From NCBI RefSeq assembly GCF_006345805.1, contig NC_042997.1, positions 93,372,001 to 93,436,000 on the forward strand: a DNA stretch of 64,000 nt. The letters run 5' to 3'. The DNA is from Octopus sinensis (taxonomy: Eukaryota). A program made the translations under genes and the position numbers. Below the pieces are notes generated by a model. It made no database searches, was not told the origin of the DNA, and saw only the letters and a program-made list of their open reading frames with translations. Shown one piece after another: positions 41,823-54,857 of this stretch (the first letter of the stretch is position 1; every line of letters begins with the position of its first letter).

Positions 41823-42359
41823 TGTTTCTTTATTAGCCACACAGGGCTGCACACAGATAGAACAAATTACAAGGTAGAGCTTTTCTTTTGAAGGTTTAAA
41901 AAAAAAAAAAAAAAAAAAAAGGAAGGGGGAGTTTCGATCAAAAGGGATCGTAAAAGGAGAGAAAGAGGACAAAAAAAAAGGGGGGGGGTTAAAAAAAAAT
42001 TTTAAAAAAAAAAAAAAAAAGGGGGAGAGGAAAAAAAATTGATCAATAGGGATCGTTATCACAGAAATGTCAATATGAAGTGTAAAGGGGAGGACAGGTG
42101 AGGTTTACCCGTGGAAAGAAAAGCCTACGGAAAAGACCACGGTAACCTCGGTCAATGAAGTCACATTTTATATTTCTTTTTTTTTTTTTTTTTTTTTTGC
42201 AAATAAGCAACTCTCTGTTTTCGATTTCTGGGTTCATAGGACTATGCTCAAGGTGGCTTCGTCATTCATACGTGCCATTCTTGCTACATTCACCCATCTT
42301 TTTTTAAAACATTCGCTAGACAAAACTTGCCTCTCTACTCTCACTTTCCTTTTCAAGTG

Positions 42360-42360
<1 letters not shown>
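41822..42360 (-). mobile_element. Tx1/L1-clade LINE 3' fragment, copy 2
   Basis: Near-identical 3' UTR and ORF end to copy 1, shorter 5' truncation, bounded by (GATA)n. Confidence 0.85.
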
Positions 42361-42414
<54 letters not shown>

Positions 42415-42418
42415 CAGA

Positions 42419-43020
42419 TATGTTTCTTTATTGGCTACACAGGGCTGAACACAGAGGAGACAAAATACAAAGTAGAGCTTTTCTTTGGGGGTAGAGAAGA
42501 AAAAGGGCGTAGTAGAATTTTGATCAAAAGGGATAATGGAAAGGAGGCGGAAAAAAAAGAAGCTGATCAATAGGGATTGTGTATCACAGAAATGTCATAA
42601 TGTAAAAGGGAAGCAGATTAGGTTTATCCGTGGAAAGAAAAGCCTACGGTAAACACCACTGTAACCTCAGACAATAGTTTCAAGCAAAAAACACATTACA
42701 GTAAGTGGCTCTCTTTTTTCCTTTCTTTTTCTGATTCATAAGATTATGCTAAAGGTGGCTCCGTCATTCACACGTGCCATCCTTGCTACATTCACTCATC
42801 TTTTTTAGAAACATTCACTAGAAAAAACTTCCCTGTCTACTCTCGCCTTCCTCTTCAAGTGATCCTTGAAGAAGTTGATGAGAGATTCACCAGAGAGGAA
42901 AGTGTTTGTCTCTAGATCTTTCAGATGCATCCACCACACACATTCTTTTGCCGTAACCACTAGTACAATGAAAGTGGCTCTTCCTTTCCATTTCAAGGAA
43001 GGAAGTGCAGCAATATTCAT
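42419..43020 (-). mobile_element. Tx1/L1-clade LINE 3' fragment, copy 3 (more diverged)
   Basis: Same 3' end motif; ORF 42805-43020 homologous to the copy 1 C-terminus (AKECVWW...LETNTFLSG). Confidence 0.82.
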
Positions 43021-43280
43021 AGAATAGATAAATAGATTAATGTTATTTTGTATCTTAAGACTAAGCCACTCTGATTTAAAGATTCCTACATGAAAATAGA
43101 ATGTATTTCAAATAATTTCTTATTGATCTGATTCTAGTATAATTCTTTTGCTGCAGAAATACAAACAATTGAAATATATTTCAATTACCCAGTGAAGTGC
43201 TATAAAGCATTGTTTATAATCTTTTCCTGCTATTAATGATAAGAATGTTATCTTATATATTTATAAACTAATATTTTCAG

Positions 43281-43495
43281 TTCATACTTCTTGAAAATGG
43301 TACAATGAGTGAAAAACTTTCAGTAAACTACACAGCATATGAGATGTCTAGTAAGAAAATGCAATCATTAATTGAGTCATTGGTGATGAACCCTCCAAAA
43401 TTGATATGGAATGTCAACACAAATTTGACATTGGATTCCTTTAACAAATATTTTATCAACATAACAGGAGAAGATTTACTTCAGCAACTTGCCAA
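43281..43495 (+). CDS. Exon B5 (phase 0-2): FILLENGTMSEKLSVNYTAY...SLVMNPPKLIW...LLQQLA(N)
   Basis: ttttcag acceptor, gtatgt donor, 215 nt. Confidence 0.89.
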
Positions 43496-43629
43496 GTATG
43501 TTAAAAATTTTATAACTTTTATCTTAACCTAAGATTTCCCCACATACCATCATTCAGATTTTATAGTAGCAGGCATTTAAAACAATTATCAGTACCTATT
43601 ACAAGTTTGACCATGTTCATTATCATCTA

Positions 43630-44908
43630 TTAGGTTGGCAACGAAGTTCCCATCGTCTTTTTAAAAGGTTTAATAAAAAATAACAGCTAATTAATCAATA
43701 ATGAATTCACCCTCCTTGTTTACAACTTCATCCCAATGTTCAACAAGATTTTCAATAACACATTGGTAGAAATCACCCGATTTCGACTCGAAAAGTTGAT
43801 CCAACCAAGCTCTCAATTCTGCATCAGTATTGAACGAAACTCCGCACATAGCATTTGAAAGAGATTGAAAGAAAAATCCATTGGTGCCAAATCTGGGGAG
43901 TATGGTGGGTATGGCAGCCCTTCCCAGCCATGCATTTGAATGGCTTCCTTAGTCATATTGGTGATATGAGTGTGGGTATTATCATGCAGCAGAAGAACTC
44001 CATGCTGCTGATTAGGTCTTTTCTCTTGAATAGCCATATTGAGTAGTTCCATCTGTTGAACATAGAGTTCCGTGTTGACTGTCTGGTTCTATTCAAGCAA
44101 TTAGTAATGGATAATCCCTTCCCAGTCCCACCATACACACAAAATCATTTTATGCACATGAAGATCTTGTTTCAGCGCATGGTGTTGCTTGTTTACCGGA
44201 GCTAAGCCATTCCTTACACTCTTTCATATTGATGTACAGGCACCATCTTTCCTTGCCAGTAATGATTCAGTAAGGAAATATTTGCTTGTGTCCATGAAAT
44301 GCATGGTGACAGGCAAGCAAACCAGCTGAGATTGTGGCTCATTCATTTTTGTTGTTGTCACTTAAAGCATGTGGAACCCATGCTCCATACTTCTGAACCT
44401 CTCCCATCGAGTGAAGATGCTTCTCTATAGCAGTGTGGGAGCGTTCCATTTTCTCTGCCAGTTCCCTTGTCGTTTGACGACAAGTTCTATGCAAAAGTTG
44501 GTTTAATCGATCTTCATCGAACTCAGCTGGAAGGCCAGAATGAAGTGTGTCTTTGAGGTGAAAGTTTCCATTTTTGAATTTGGCATACCAATCACGAGCG
44601 GTTCTTTCAGCTATGGCACCCTCTCCATACACAGCACAAATGTTGTGAGCAGCTTTTGCAGCCTTAGAACCTGGATTAAAAGCAAAAGGAAGGAAGTGTT
44701 GAAAATGCTCATTTTTCATAACTTGGCATTCCATTTTAATGATCTGAAAATAAACAAAGTTTAACTGGAGAATAAACAAAGCAGAGAAAAAACAAAATAG
44801 ATAAAATAAATTCAAAAATAGAATTCTTGAAAAAATAGTTTCCGAAATTTAAAAATACAATAAATTCCAAAATTTAAAAACACCGCAGGAACATAGTTGC
44901 CAACCCAT
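43630..44908 (-). mobile_element. Decayed mariner element (DD34D type)
   Basis: TIRs TTAGGTTGGCAAC.../...GTTGCCAACCCAT with TA flanks; fragments ICAVYGEG, WVPHAL, LHDN, YSPDLAP; several frameshifts. Confidence 0.9.
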
Positions 44909-45843
44909 TATAATTTCCATTCGTTTTACAATTCTTAAATTGGAAGCTTATCATCAGTTCACACCATTGCTGCATCTCCAACTCTTACAATATCAACTCT
45001 GCTATATTTTAAGGTTTAGTAATGCTTCCTTCCACCCTCTCCCATCAGCGTAATATTTGCTGTCATGGCGAGCTACTCTCATATAAAGGTCATAGTCTCT
45101 TTGTTTTTATTCCTTTATAACATTCAACACACAGGACTCATACTAGATATCAGCTATATCTATGAACAGACACTTTAAGAATATCTTTTAATGTACAATA
45201 TCAAACTCTCTTCTTTAACTGTACAATGACACTCACTACATACTCCTGAAAGAGTCCTGTACCTCACTATCTCCATAGATGAACAACAGGTACCTATAAT
45301 ACTTAAATTTATTATAAATACCAAGCCTCACAATCTCTTGATAATATCTCATGATAAACACACATCTGTAACATTACCTCACTTATATTGTGATTTTCAT
45401 ATTCATGATTTATTCTAAATAAATTTTTTTATGAATGCTTTTCTCCCTTTTATATCTAAGGATGTATCAAATTTTAAAAAGTATCAAAGTCTTTGGCAAC
45501 ATACAAGACAAGTTTTTAAAACAATGATAATTCTTACCAGAACACATTACCCGGGACATTTTTTTTTTAAATGGTCATTAAACATTGCCAACTTTGTATC
45601 AAAAAAGATAAGCTTTTCTTTCAAGACCAGAAGCAATATCAGTTTTGAAACTGTTGTAGATTCTCTTTTAGAATGTTGCTGATGCTAGCATGGCTGTGTG
45701 ATAAGAAGCTACCCAATCACATGGTTCCAGGTTCAGTCCCACTGAGTGGCACCTTGGGCAAGTGTCTTCTGCTGTAGCTGTGTGCTGATCAAAGCCTTGT
45801 GAGTGGATTTGGTAGACTGAAACTAAAAGAAGCATGTCATACA

Positions 45844-46172
45844 TCTTCTATATATATAAACAGCAAAATGTCTGTGTGTGTGTCCTTTATACAAATCCAC
45901 AATTTTTCAGTTAGAGGGCTCGCACTTTCTCTGGTGATTCAAAACAGTCCAAAGATGATCGTGCATATCTTTTCATTTCCCCAGTCACCCTGCAAAGCCA
46001 TTAAAAAATCAAGAGATGTGACGTGTTTGCAAATTTTCTATCCAAAACCCAATCAAAAAGCCCGAAACTTGATACGCCAATTGAATGCCAGCTAGCTGTA
46101 GGTGATTGGTTGGAGATTTGGACACTACTCACGTGTATGTGCATACGCACACAGCTATATATGCATGCACTA
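45844..46172 (+). mobile_element. Probable non-autonomous Helitron-like insert nested in a SINE
   Basis: A|TCTTCTATATATATAAAC...TGTCTGTGTG 5' end like the two elements above; CTAG near the 3' end but no clear hairpin. Confidence 0.45.
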
Positions 46173-47889
46173 GCACTATAGTGCTAGTATGTATATATAT
46201 GCTATTGTTTGGGTGTCTGTATTTCCCCCCATCATCGCTTGACAACTGATGTTGGTGTGTCTATGTCCCCTGTAGGTCAGTGGTTTGGCAAAAATAGACC
46301 AATAGAATAAAATAAGTACTAGGCTTACAAAAATAAGTCCTGGAGTTGATTTCTTCAACTAAAGGTGGTGCTCTAGCATGGAAGCAGTCAAATGACTGAA
46401 ACAAGTAAAAGAATAAAAGAATATATCTCTACCAGTGCTATATTGACTTGCAGAGAAATGTTTCACAGAAATATCTTCCAGTGGTGACATATTTATCTTA
46501 TATTCTTCAATAGGAAAAAAAAATGACACAACCACTGCTCATACCAAGAAGACATCATCTCACTTCACCCCTCTTAAACAATAACAGTATGCAACTAGAC
46601 CATAATGATTGTTCCAAAACCAGGCCTTATTATTATTGAGGATTTCTTATAGTGAACGCACATCTTTAACATAGGACTGTACCTCAAAGACTGAATTTTT
46701 CCTCTAAAGACATAAAATATTTCATCACCCTAAAACTGCCAACCTTCTACAAAAACATTCTAAATTACATCCAGGGGAAGTTGGTTAAAATGATTAACAT
46801 AACATCACTTACAGATATACACAAGCATTTGATCTTTCCACAGATATGCTGTCTTTTCCCTTTGCCTTTTCTGGCAATACTATAATGGTCCCTGCTTCTA
46901 AGAGTTGGTACATCTTGTGCTACCTCAGGAACTCTTGATTCAAACATTTCTCTTCCTCTGATCATCCACATTGTGTCCAGTCACACAACTTTTGAACTAA
47001 CTACCACACCCAGTTCTTCCTCTTCATCCCTCTGAAATCCCCTCCCCAGTGAATGTCTTAACTGCAGTCATCAATTTAAAACAATTGAAGCAGAATGTCA
47101 TTACTCTCACAAGTCTCTGAAAGCCTGCACTTTCTGCAGGCATGGCTGATTAAAAAACATTTTTGGCAGCATTGAGAAAACAAACCATGGAACAGATTAG
47201 CCATATTTCACCCACTGACATACTATAATCAATATATAATCACTTAATCATTAGCTCTGTTGCAACAAAAACTCCGTGTACTATTCATTTTGGGTTTTTT
47301 TTTGTTGTTATTTTTCGGCTTTTCTGTCTCCCTCCCTTTGATAAAATTCATACTAAACTCTTTGTCAAAGCTTTTGTCCCAAGAACACTTTCAAAGTATA
47401 GAAAAAATGCTATAAGCACTGTTGTTCCTCTTTGAACTAAATACTTGAAAATATATATATAATATACCTAAAAACCAATGCTTAATGGAATGTACAATAC
47501 AATTTATGACGTTTACATGCATTATATAATACAGAAGCTATACATGTATAATTTACTAAAACAATGTAAAATTCGTTATTACCCATTCAATATTGGTTTC
47601 AAATTTTGGCACATGGCCAGCAATTTTGAGGGAGGGGATAAGTCGATTACATCTACCCAGTTCTCAACTGGTATTTATTTTATCAACCCCCAAAAGGACA
47701 AAAGGCAAAGTAATCCCAGCAGCATTTTAACTCAGAACATAAGGTCATCAGCAATGCTGCAAAATATTTATTCTGATGTTGTAACAATTCTGCCACTCAT
47801 CACTCTTATTACTTATTTGATATTAAGTCCTTCATTCATATTATATTCATCTGAATGTTTTAATTTCCATCACACTGTCTCTTTTTCAG

Positions 47890-48032
47890 TCCTCAGATAA
47901 TAAACGCTTATGTAATGCAATTCTTTTCCGTATTGAGTAAATCAACGGGGCTTCCAGTACAAATCAACATGCAAGCCTATATAGAACAGAAGGTTTTGGA
48001 ATTTTTAATTGCCAATCTAAATCCTATTGTAG
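47890..48032 (+). CDS. Exon C5 (phase 2-1): PQIINAYVMQFFSVLSKSTGLP...YIEQKVLEFLIANLNPIV
   Basis: tttttcag acceptor, gtatgt donor, 143 nt; TG...EQK..EF motif shared with C4; absent from the ORF track. Confidence 0.88.
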
Positions 48033-49499
48033 GTATGTATTGACAAGCAGTATATTTTTTGTTCTTTAATCTACTTTAAACTTCTAAACACTCATAAACT
48101 AAAGATAATTTTCTACTATAATTTTGACTACTCCTACTGTATTTTTCATATGCCTTAACCATAAACACAGCAGTCAAATTTAGACAAACTTCATCTAACA
48201 GATAAATTATTATACTATAAAGAATCAACTTGAGAACAACAGTTACTTTCCTTATCTCACAACACAAACAAAGAAAGTGAGGTCAGCGATGGAAGTTGAT
48301 TACATCAACCCAGTTCTCAACTGGTATTTATTTTATCAACCCCCAAACGGACAACACAGGAACTAATGGATGTTTAACTCCATTTTCATACATCTATTGT
48401 CAAAATTAGTACAAATTTTCATTGTGATATATGAGTTTTATAGACTTAATTACTTGTTTCACCTCATTAAAACTGTTAACAATCATCTGTCAATTTGAAT
48501 GTTACTCCTTTCTTCCTTAAATCATATAAAGATGCAATAAGATTTGTTTTGTTCCAAATGAATGTGGCACAATATTTGATAGCTGAAACAAATATCCGTA
48601 CCTTGTACACATTTTTTCATATAATTTCAAAATTTTAATAGCAATAGTATATTTCTTAGATAATTTTCTCTTTGATATACTACTTTACCTTTGTCATATA
48701 CAACTTTACCTTTGTCATAATAATTGAAAAATTTATCTCTAACATCTCAATATATCATTCATAGTGTGTAGTAGTGTTATAGATGACAATAAACAGAAAT
48801 AGTTGCATATTGATTATAAGAAATGATGACTTAATAAACCAAACATTCAGTACTAAAGAATGAGACAAAGTTTCAGAGAAGATAATTACTGAAAAATTGT
48901 CCAAATATTTCATAAAACCTTATTCTGATTGCATCTTACAAATTCCATGATGATGAGTTAATCATATTCTGATTTGTTAACTGAAAAGAGAGTATTAATC
49001 ATGACGTTGTAATATTTTCAATATTGATAGGTATTTGATGGCCATAAAATTTATAAAGTTTGCTGACTAAGATCCCTAAGGGCTAAGATGGTTGTTGAAT
49101 CTATGCAGTCCCCTGTTTAAGGGCCAATGTGATTTTCAGATATATGGGGTTCCACGACCCACCCTGTTCTAACCCTGCATCATCTGTTGCCTCTGTGGGG
49201 AATAAAAAATAAAAGAAATGCATTGCTTAGTGGTTAGGGTGTTGCACTCATGATTGCAAGATTGTGGTTTCAATTCCTAGACTGGTTGGTGCATTGTTTT
49301 CTTGAGCAAAACCCTTCATCTTACATTGTTCTTCAATCTCTTTGATACCTGATATGTGGTACACTTGTGCACCTGTTCACACAACATCAATTTGATGGAA
49401 GTATTGAGCTAATATGCAACACGAACCTTTGGTTATTATAAACAAACCATTCTCATATGTCGTCTTCGAAATCAATCAAAAAATCAATGGAAATTGTAG

Positions 49500-49771
49500 T
49501 TGTGATACCTGTGCTGGTGGCATGTAAAAAGCACCATCCAAACATGGCCGTTGCCAGTGCCGCCTCGACTGGCTTCCGTGCCAGTGGCACGTAAAAAGCA
49601 CCCACTACACTCACAGAGTGGTTGGCATTAGGAAGGGCACCCAGCTGTAGAAACACTGTCAGATCAGACATGAGCCTGGTGCAGCCTTCTGGCTTCCCAG
49701 ACCCCAGTCGAACCGTCCAACCCATGCTAGCATTGAAAACGAACGTTAAACGATGGTGATAATGATGATGA
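49500..49771 (+). mobile_element. Short retroposon 3' segment with (GAT)n tail (copies 27262-27405, 38330-38605, minus 22262-22380)
   Basis: Repeated AGGAAGGGCATCCAGCTGTAG...CCAACCCATGCTAGCATGGAAAACGGACGTTAAACGATGATG-like sequence. Confidence 0.7.
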
Positions 49772-51083
49772 TCTACTTGATACAAGACTTGAACTGTCAC
49801 ATTTACACTGCCCTAAGAAATATACTGTGCTTCTCTATGCCATGGGAATATATCATTTGAAGATATATCAAAATTTCAAAATCAACTATACATACTTAAA
49901 AAGCTAAACAGTTACTTAGTTGTACAGCATCCATGATTGATGACATTAAAACATTTCTACAACTTCATCAAATCATATAACATAGATATAAAGCTTTTTG
50001 TAATAATAATTCAAACAAAAATAAGTTAAAATCAAATATCCAATGGAAAGATTTATGGTTATTTGGAATGTTATATTCATCCAGAAAGACTACATTATTC
50101 ACATTAGAATAAAAAATGTAATTCATGTGGAAAAATGTATCTTTTAAGGAATGTATGCATGGCATCAAATTAAAACTCTTTCTTATGATAAAAATTTATA
50201 TGTATGTACATATGTGTTGGCATTTTTCACATTTTGACACTTTTTTTCCAATTTCACTCACTATCACTAAAATGAGTCTACATACGTACACAACTAAGCA
50301 GTGTAGCTATTGCAAACAGAATACAATACAACTTCATATACTATAGCTATATAAACACACATACATGTACAAGTAGGTAGAAATATCATCTCAGCATAAA
50401 TAAGGAAAAAATCATGGACTACTTAGAAGCACGAATTTTTCCTTTCTTTTTTTTGTTTTTAGTTGTAAGTAACTTTTAAGAAAGGTAGTAAATAGCACAT
50501 TTAGCAAGCCTATTTGTAATAAACTTGGTGTGTAACCTTTGTTAGTGGTTTTTTTGGTATCATGAGAAGGCTTACCAATACTATGACAAGATTTTTTCAT
50601 TTCTTTAAAATCATTACTGTTAGAGCATTTTTTTCAGTAATTTAGTAAGTTATGTCATGTTCCTTATGGAGCCTCACAACTTGTACTCTCCTAAACATAA
50701 AGAAGTCTAACCTATTTTTGGTTCAGAAGATTGATTAGGGGAAAGGAAACATCCAGTGGTAATTATCTATATCAATATTGTTGAATGCTACTTTTCCCTC
50801 ACCAGAAAGAACTTCCCTCGATTACATACATATGATAAAATATTCAATAAGTGTACTTTGAAGGTCAGCTTTAACTACCTTGGCAACATAGGATCCCAAA
50901 TATTGAACAACAACAAAACAACATATTCACTAAGAACTCAAATGAAGCTCAGTTAGACTTGTTGCAGTGACTAGTCACAATCACCATTCAAAAATAGATG
51001 GCTGTGTAAAGAACTTATGGTGGACGTATGGAATAGCAGATACACCATCAAAATGTATATCAGGCTCACAATAAATACATATA

Positions 51084-51463
51084 CACTACCGTCAGAAATT
51101 AATTAGCACCCTTGATTTGCTCTTCACTCAAGGTATGTCCTGTCACCTAGTGGCCATATCTCGAACTATTGCTTTGTTGCGAGTTCACTGTTGCGCAGAA
51201 CGATGACGTAACTTTGTTTGCAGAGCAGTTTGAGAGTCTACAGCCTTATGATGTTGACATAGCAGTGCAACAACAACTTGGAGTGCGGATGCAGACAAAT
51301 CTTCCTTTGTTTAATAGATATAGGTAGCGCCTCGCAAGGACCGAAATCACACCATACTAAGTTTTCTCATCGCGTAAGACATTTTGAACAGCTCATAGGT
51401 TAATTGATTTAACCTATTTAATGTAGAAATTTGAGAAGTGCTAATTAATTTCTGACGCAAGTG
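51084..51463. mobile_element. Tc1-type MITE
   Basis: TIRs CACTACCGTCAGAAATTAATTAGCAC / GTGCTAATTAATTTCTGACGCAAGTG, TA on both flanks. Confidence 0.8.
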
Positions 51464-52187
51464 TAAGGCCCACTTTATGCAATACCTCTGTATATTCAGA
51501 AACAAAAGAATGAAGAACCCAACATTGTTATTGAAATTGATCTGACATCTGAAAGACAGTGGTATCAATAACTCTATCATCAAGCTGAATATTGCAACAC
51601 AAGCAATAGCCTACAACATACAAGGTATAAAATGCAACTCATTGTGTGACTGAAAAACTAAACATCTTTACTGCAATCAACAGCCAACAGAAAAAAAGTA
51701 CTATCCCTTCCTTGTATGTTCATATGGTGTAGCACTTTTTTTGTGTTAATGATTCTTATTTTTGAACCTATAATTTTTTTGCCCCACACAGACAGCAAGG
51801 TCTAAAAATGTAACATACTTTTGAATCAATTTCCATTTTAATCATTTGAGAGTGTTTTATAAGGCTGTGTTTCACATATGTATAGACAGGTACACATATC
51901 ACACGTGACAAGAATTCATGGGGAAATAAGTACCATAAATTCTTATTGATAAATTGTTTAATTCTAGAGCACTATCAAATTTCATGGCTGATTCCATGTT
52001 TTTAGATGTAATTGGCATTCCATTAAAACTTTCAATAATGATTTGATGAATTTCAAATCCAGGCAGAGCATGATTTTTATGACTTCAGTTAAAATTGTAA
52101 TCAGAGTCATGAAAGGTTTGATAAGGCATCAGCATTTTTGTATTGCTTTGAAGTTTTATATTGAATTATATATTTGTATAATGCTAA

Positions 52188-52565
52188 TCTCTCTCTATAT
52201 AAACGGCAGTTTGTCTGTGCGTGTTTCTGTTTGCTTGTACCCTCACCCTGACCACGGCTTTCAACCGATTCTGATGAAACTTGACACACACATAGCCCAA
52301 TGTCATAATTCAAAACTAACGCAGAGAAAATTTTGAAAAGTTCCCCCACTTCTGAAAAAAATCGATCAATTCGACATGGGGTCGGGAATCAGAAACACGA
52401 ACCACAAACTGTCTAGGGGACGCAACTCCACCTTTTTTAAATCTCAAGAAAAAATTTACCATCATTTTTTTCCCATTTTTTTGCTATTTTTTGGCTATAA
52501 CTCTCTAAAAATGCTTTATAGTTATTTCCCTTACAAACCTGAGCAACGCCGGGCGATACTGCTAG
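52188..52565 (+). mobile_element. Non-autonomous Helitron sharing its 3' end with 6261-6565
   Basis: A|TC start; near-identical hairpin + GATACTGCTAG|T end. Confidence 0.8.
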
Positions 52566-52986
52566 TACCCATATAAAAATATACAGGCAATTAGACTTCG
52601 ATAAGAGTAGCCATATTATTAGCATCATATGAGTATACAATACAATATGAAGCTTTGCAGTATCATAGATTGTTGATGCTGTGTCTTGAATAGCTTGAAG
52701 AGGAAGAACTAATTATATCTTAATACATAGCCCATACAAAGTGAAACCAGCAATAGAACCCCTATACAGTTACTTTCCTCATATTTATGATATTTAGATT
52801 GAAAGTTTCTATTTAATTTGCATTATTTCTCATCATGTTTTATAAATCTACTTCATTGAAATTATCCAGATGTTTTAATTAATTGACAAGCACTTCCCTG
52901 TTTATCCTTGTCAAAGTTCTAAAATGTTCTTAAAAGATTATGTTTGTCCTTTCAGAATCATTATATTATTCTTTCTTTTCTTTTAG

Positions 52987-53114
52987 CATCAGATACTTTC
53001 AACATGCTTGAATATATTAAGTCTTCAGGATTATCTAATTTACTTCAAATTAAACCAGATATGGTTCCACAGTTAATTAGTGCTACTTTAGAGCTGCTTT
53101 CCAATCCAGAAAGA
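52987..53114 (+). CDS. Exon D5 (phase 1-0): SDTFNMLEYIKSSGLSNLLQIKPDMVPQ...LELLSNPER
   Basis: ttttag acceptor, gtaagt donor, 128 nt. Confidence 0.89.
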
Positions 53115-53665
53115 GTAAGTAGACATTTTAGAGACAAGACATAAGGAATCAAACAATGTTTTCCTTCTTCTTTTTACAGTGTTTTTTTTTTCTTCGGTAC
53201 TGTACTGCAATAACATTTTTTTAAATTTCTGACTTAAAATTGTTAGAATAGTTGATATAGTTATGCCCATTCATGTCCTATTGAAGGTCATTAGCAACTA
53301 GTATAAGTCTTATGTTGATGTAAATTCGTGAGCAATTTTGAAAGTAGTTTCAGTTATTTTCATTATCCCATTTTTTATTTAACTATTTAGCTGATTGTTT
53401 TAATCTAAGGAAATTTTGCTATTGTACAAATCAAGAAAAAGACCATGAACTCATGCATTGTATCTTCTGTAAACATTAAATAATCTAATAGTTATAGACT
53501 ACACACTGGACATTTATGATTTAATGAAATGATATAAACATTTTGGCTTGACTCAGAAACAGTTTGGGCATTATGATTGATTAATGCTCAAGATAATAAA
53601 AAAAAACTTAAGTTTACAATATATTACAAATGTTTTTCATATCACTTTTCTTTCTCTTTCATCAG

Positions 53666-53863
53666 CTCTTACCACTTATGCAAAATGAAACATTATGGGA
53701 AAAGATGTGCTATGATACAACTTTATTCCAAACATTCTTCCCATCATTTAAAGATAAAGTTTCTATAGAAAACTTATGTCGTCTGATAACATATGGTGAT
53801 TTACAAAAGTTCTTACTACAAATAAATTCTACACTACCTGGTTTCAGCAATATTATAGAATTG
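53666..53863 (+). CDS. Exon A6 (phase 0-0): LLPLMQNETLWEKMCYDTTLFQTFFP...NLCRLI...TLPGFSNIIEL
   Basis: atcag acceptor after CT tract, gtatgt donor, 198 nt, clear paralog of A5. Confidence 0.9.
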
Positions 53864-53987
53864 GTATGTTATAAGTATCTTTTATCTTTATTCCAATGCT
53901 TACCCTTCACAACAATATATTTACTTTTTTCAGTATGCTTCTACTCTTATACTGGACCTATATTTACTTTTAAGTTTATCGCTATAG

Positions 53988-54332
53988 ATAAGAAACCATA
54001 TCCAAGTTCATTAGAGTGGAAAAATGGTTTTACTCCCAAAAGCAGTCACTCCTCAGGTCAAATTCCTAAAAAATACACCTAAAAACTAAAAGTTTAACTT
54101 ACCTCATAATATGATAAGGAATAAAGAAATAATAAGATAATAAAATAATAAGAAAATGATATTATTATTCCCTTATTATCTTATCATCTTATTATTTCTT
54201 TATTCCTTATCATATTATGAGGTAAGTTAAACTTCTAGGTTTGTTTTTTTTTAGAAATTTGACCTGAGGAGTGACTGATTTTGGGAGTAAAATCATTTTC
54301 CCATTCTAATGAACTTGGATATGGTTTCTTAT
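53988..54332. repeat. Fold-back element overlapping the intact hammerhead
   Basis: About 165-bp inverted arms (AAGAAACCATATCCAAGTTCATTAG... / ...CTAATGAACTTGGATATGGTTTCTT). Confidence 0.85.
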
Positions 54333-54378
54333 ATGATTTTATACAGTCTTAATTCAACCATGAAACGGGTGTAGTCAA
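54259..54378 (+). ncRNA. Type I hammerhead ribozyme candidate, intact core
   Basis: TTGAC-CTGAGGA-[stem II GTG...CAT with long insert]-GAAAC-GGGT-GTA-GTCAA; stem I TTGAC/GTCAA, predicted cleavage after GUA at 54373. Confidence 0.6.
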
Positions 54379-54682
54379 TGTACAAGTACTTAATTTTATA
54401 CAGTATATTATTGTATAAATTTTATTGTTCAATTTATACTTTATTTGATTTTAGATTAATATCTTTATGATGAATAATTTTTGTATGGTATTCGCTATGA
54501 TTTTAAAAGTAGTTGCTCTTATATTATATGATTGTAATAACCTTACTGTTCAATATTATACATTATTAAAATTTTAGATTAGTATTTTGTATAGTATATG
54601 TCTCACAGCATGGTTTTGGATGGGTTCTTCATTGACTGAGTTGTGGAATGGTGGTTTGTCTCTAAATTAGTTACATACATAC

Positions 54683-54739
<57 letters not shown>

Positions 54740-54760
54740 GTATGTATGTATGTGTGTATG

Positions 54761-54806
<46 letters not shown>

Positions 54807-54857
54807 TATATGTGTGTGTGTATGCATGTATATATATATAATTATGATACATACATA

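Noticed and set aside
41652-42062. N-terminal extension of the 353-aa minus ORF
   Set aside because: Read-through of (GATA)n and the 3' UTR of the neighbouring Tx1-like copy.
40523-43035. Repeat-spacer appearance reminiscent of a CRISPR array
   Set aside because: Eukaryotic context; the spacers are homologous LINE fragments hundreds of bp long and the repeats are GATA microsatellites.
45431-45682. 83-aa ORF with an upstream AG, possible extra exon
   Set aside because: The AG would give phase 0, which is incompatible with the phase-2 B5-C5 intron, and it has no similarity to exon classes A-D; more likely decayed repeat sequence.
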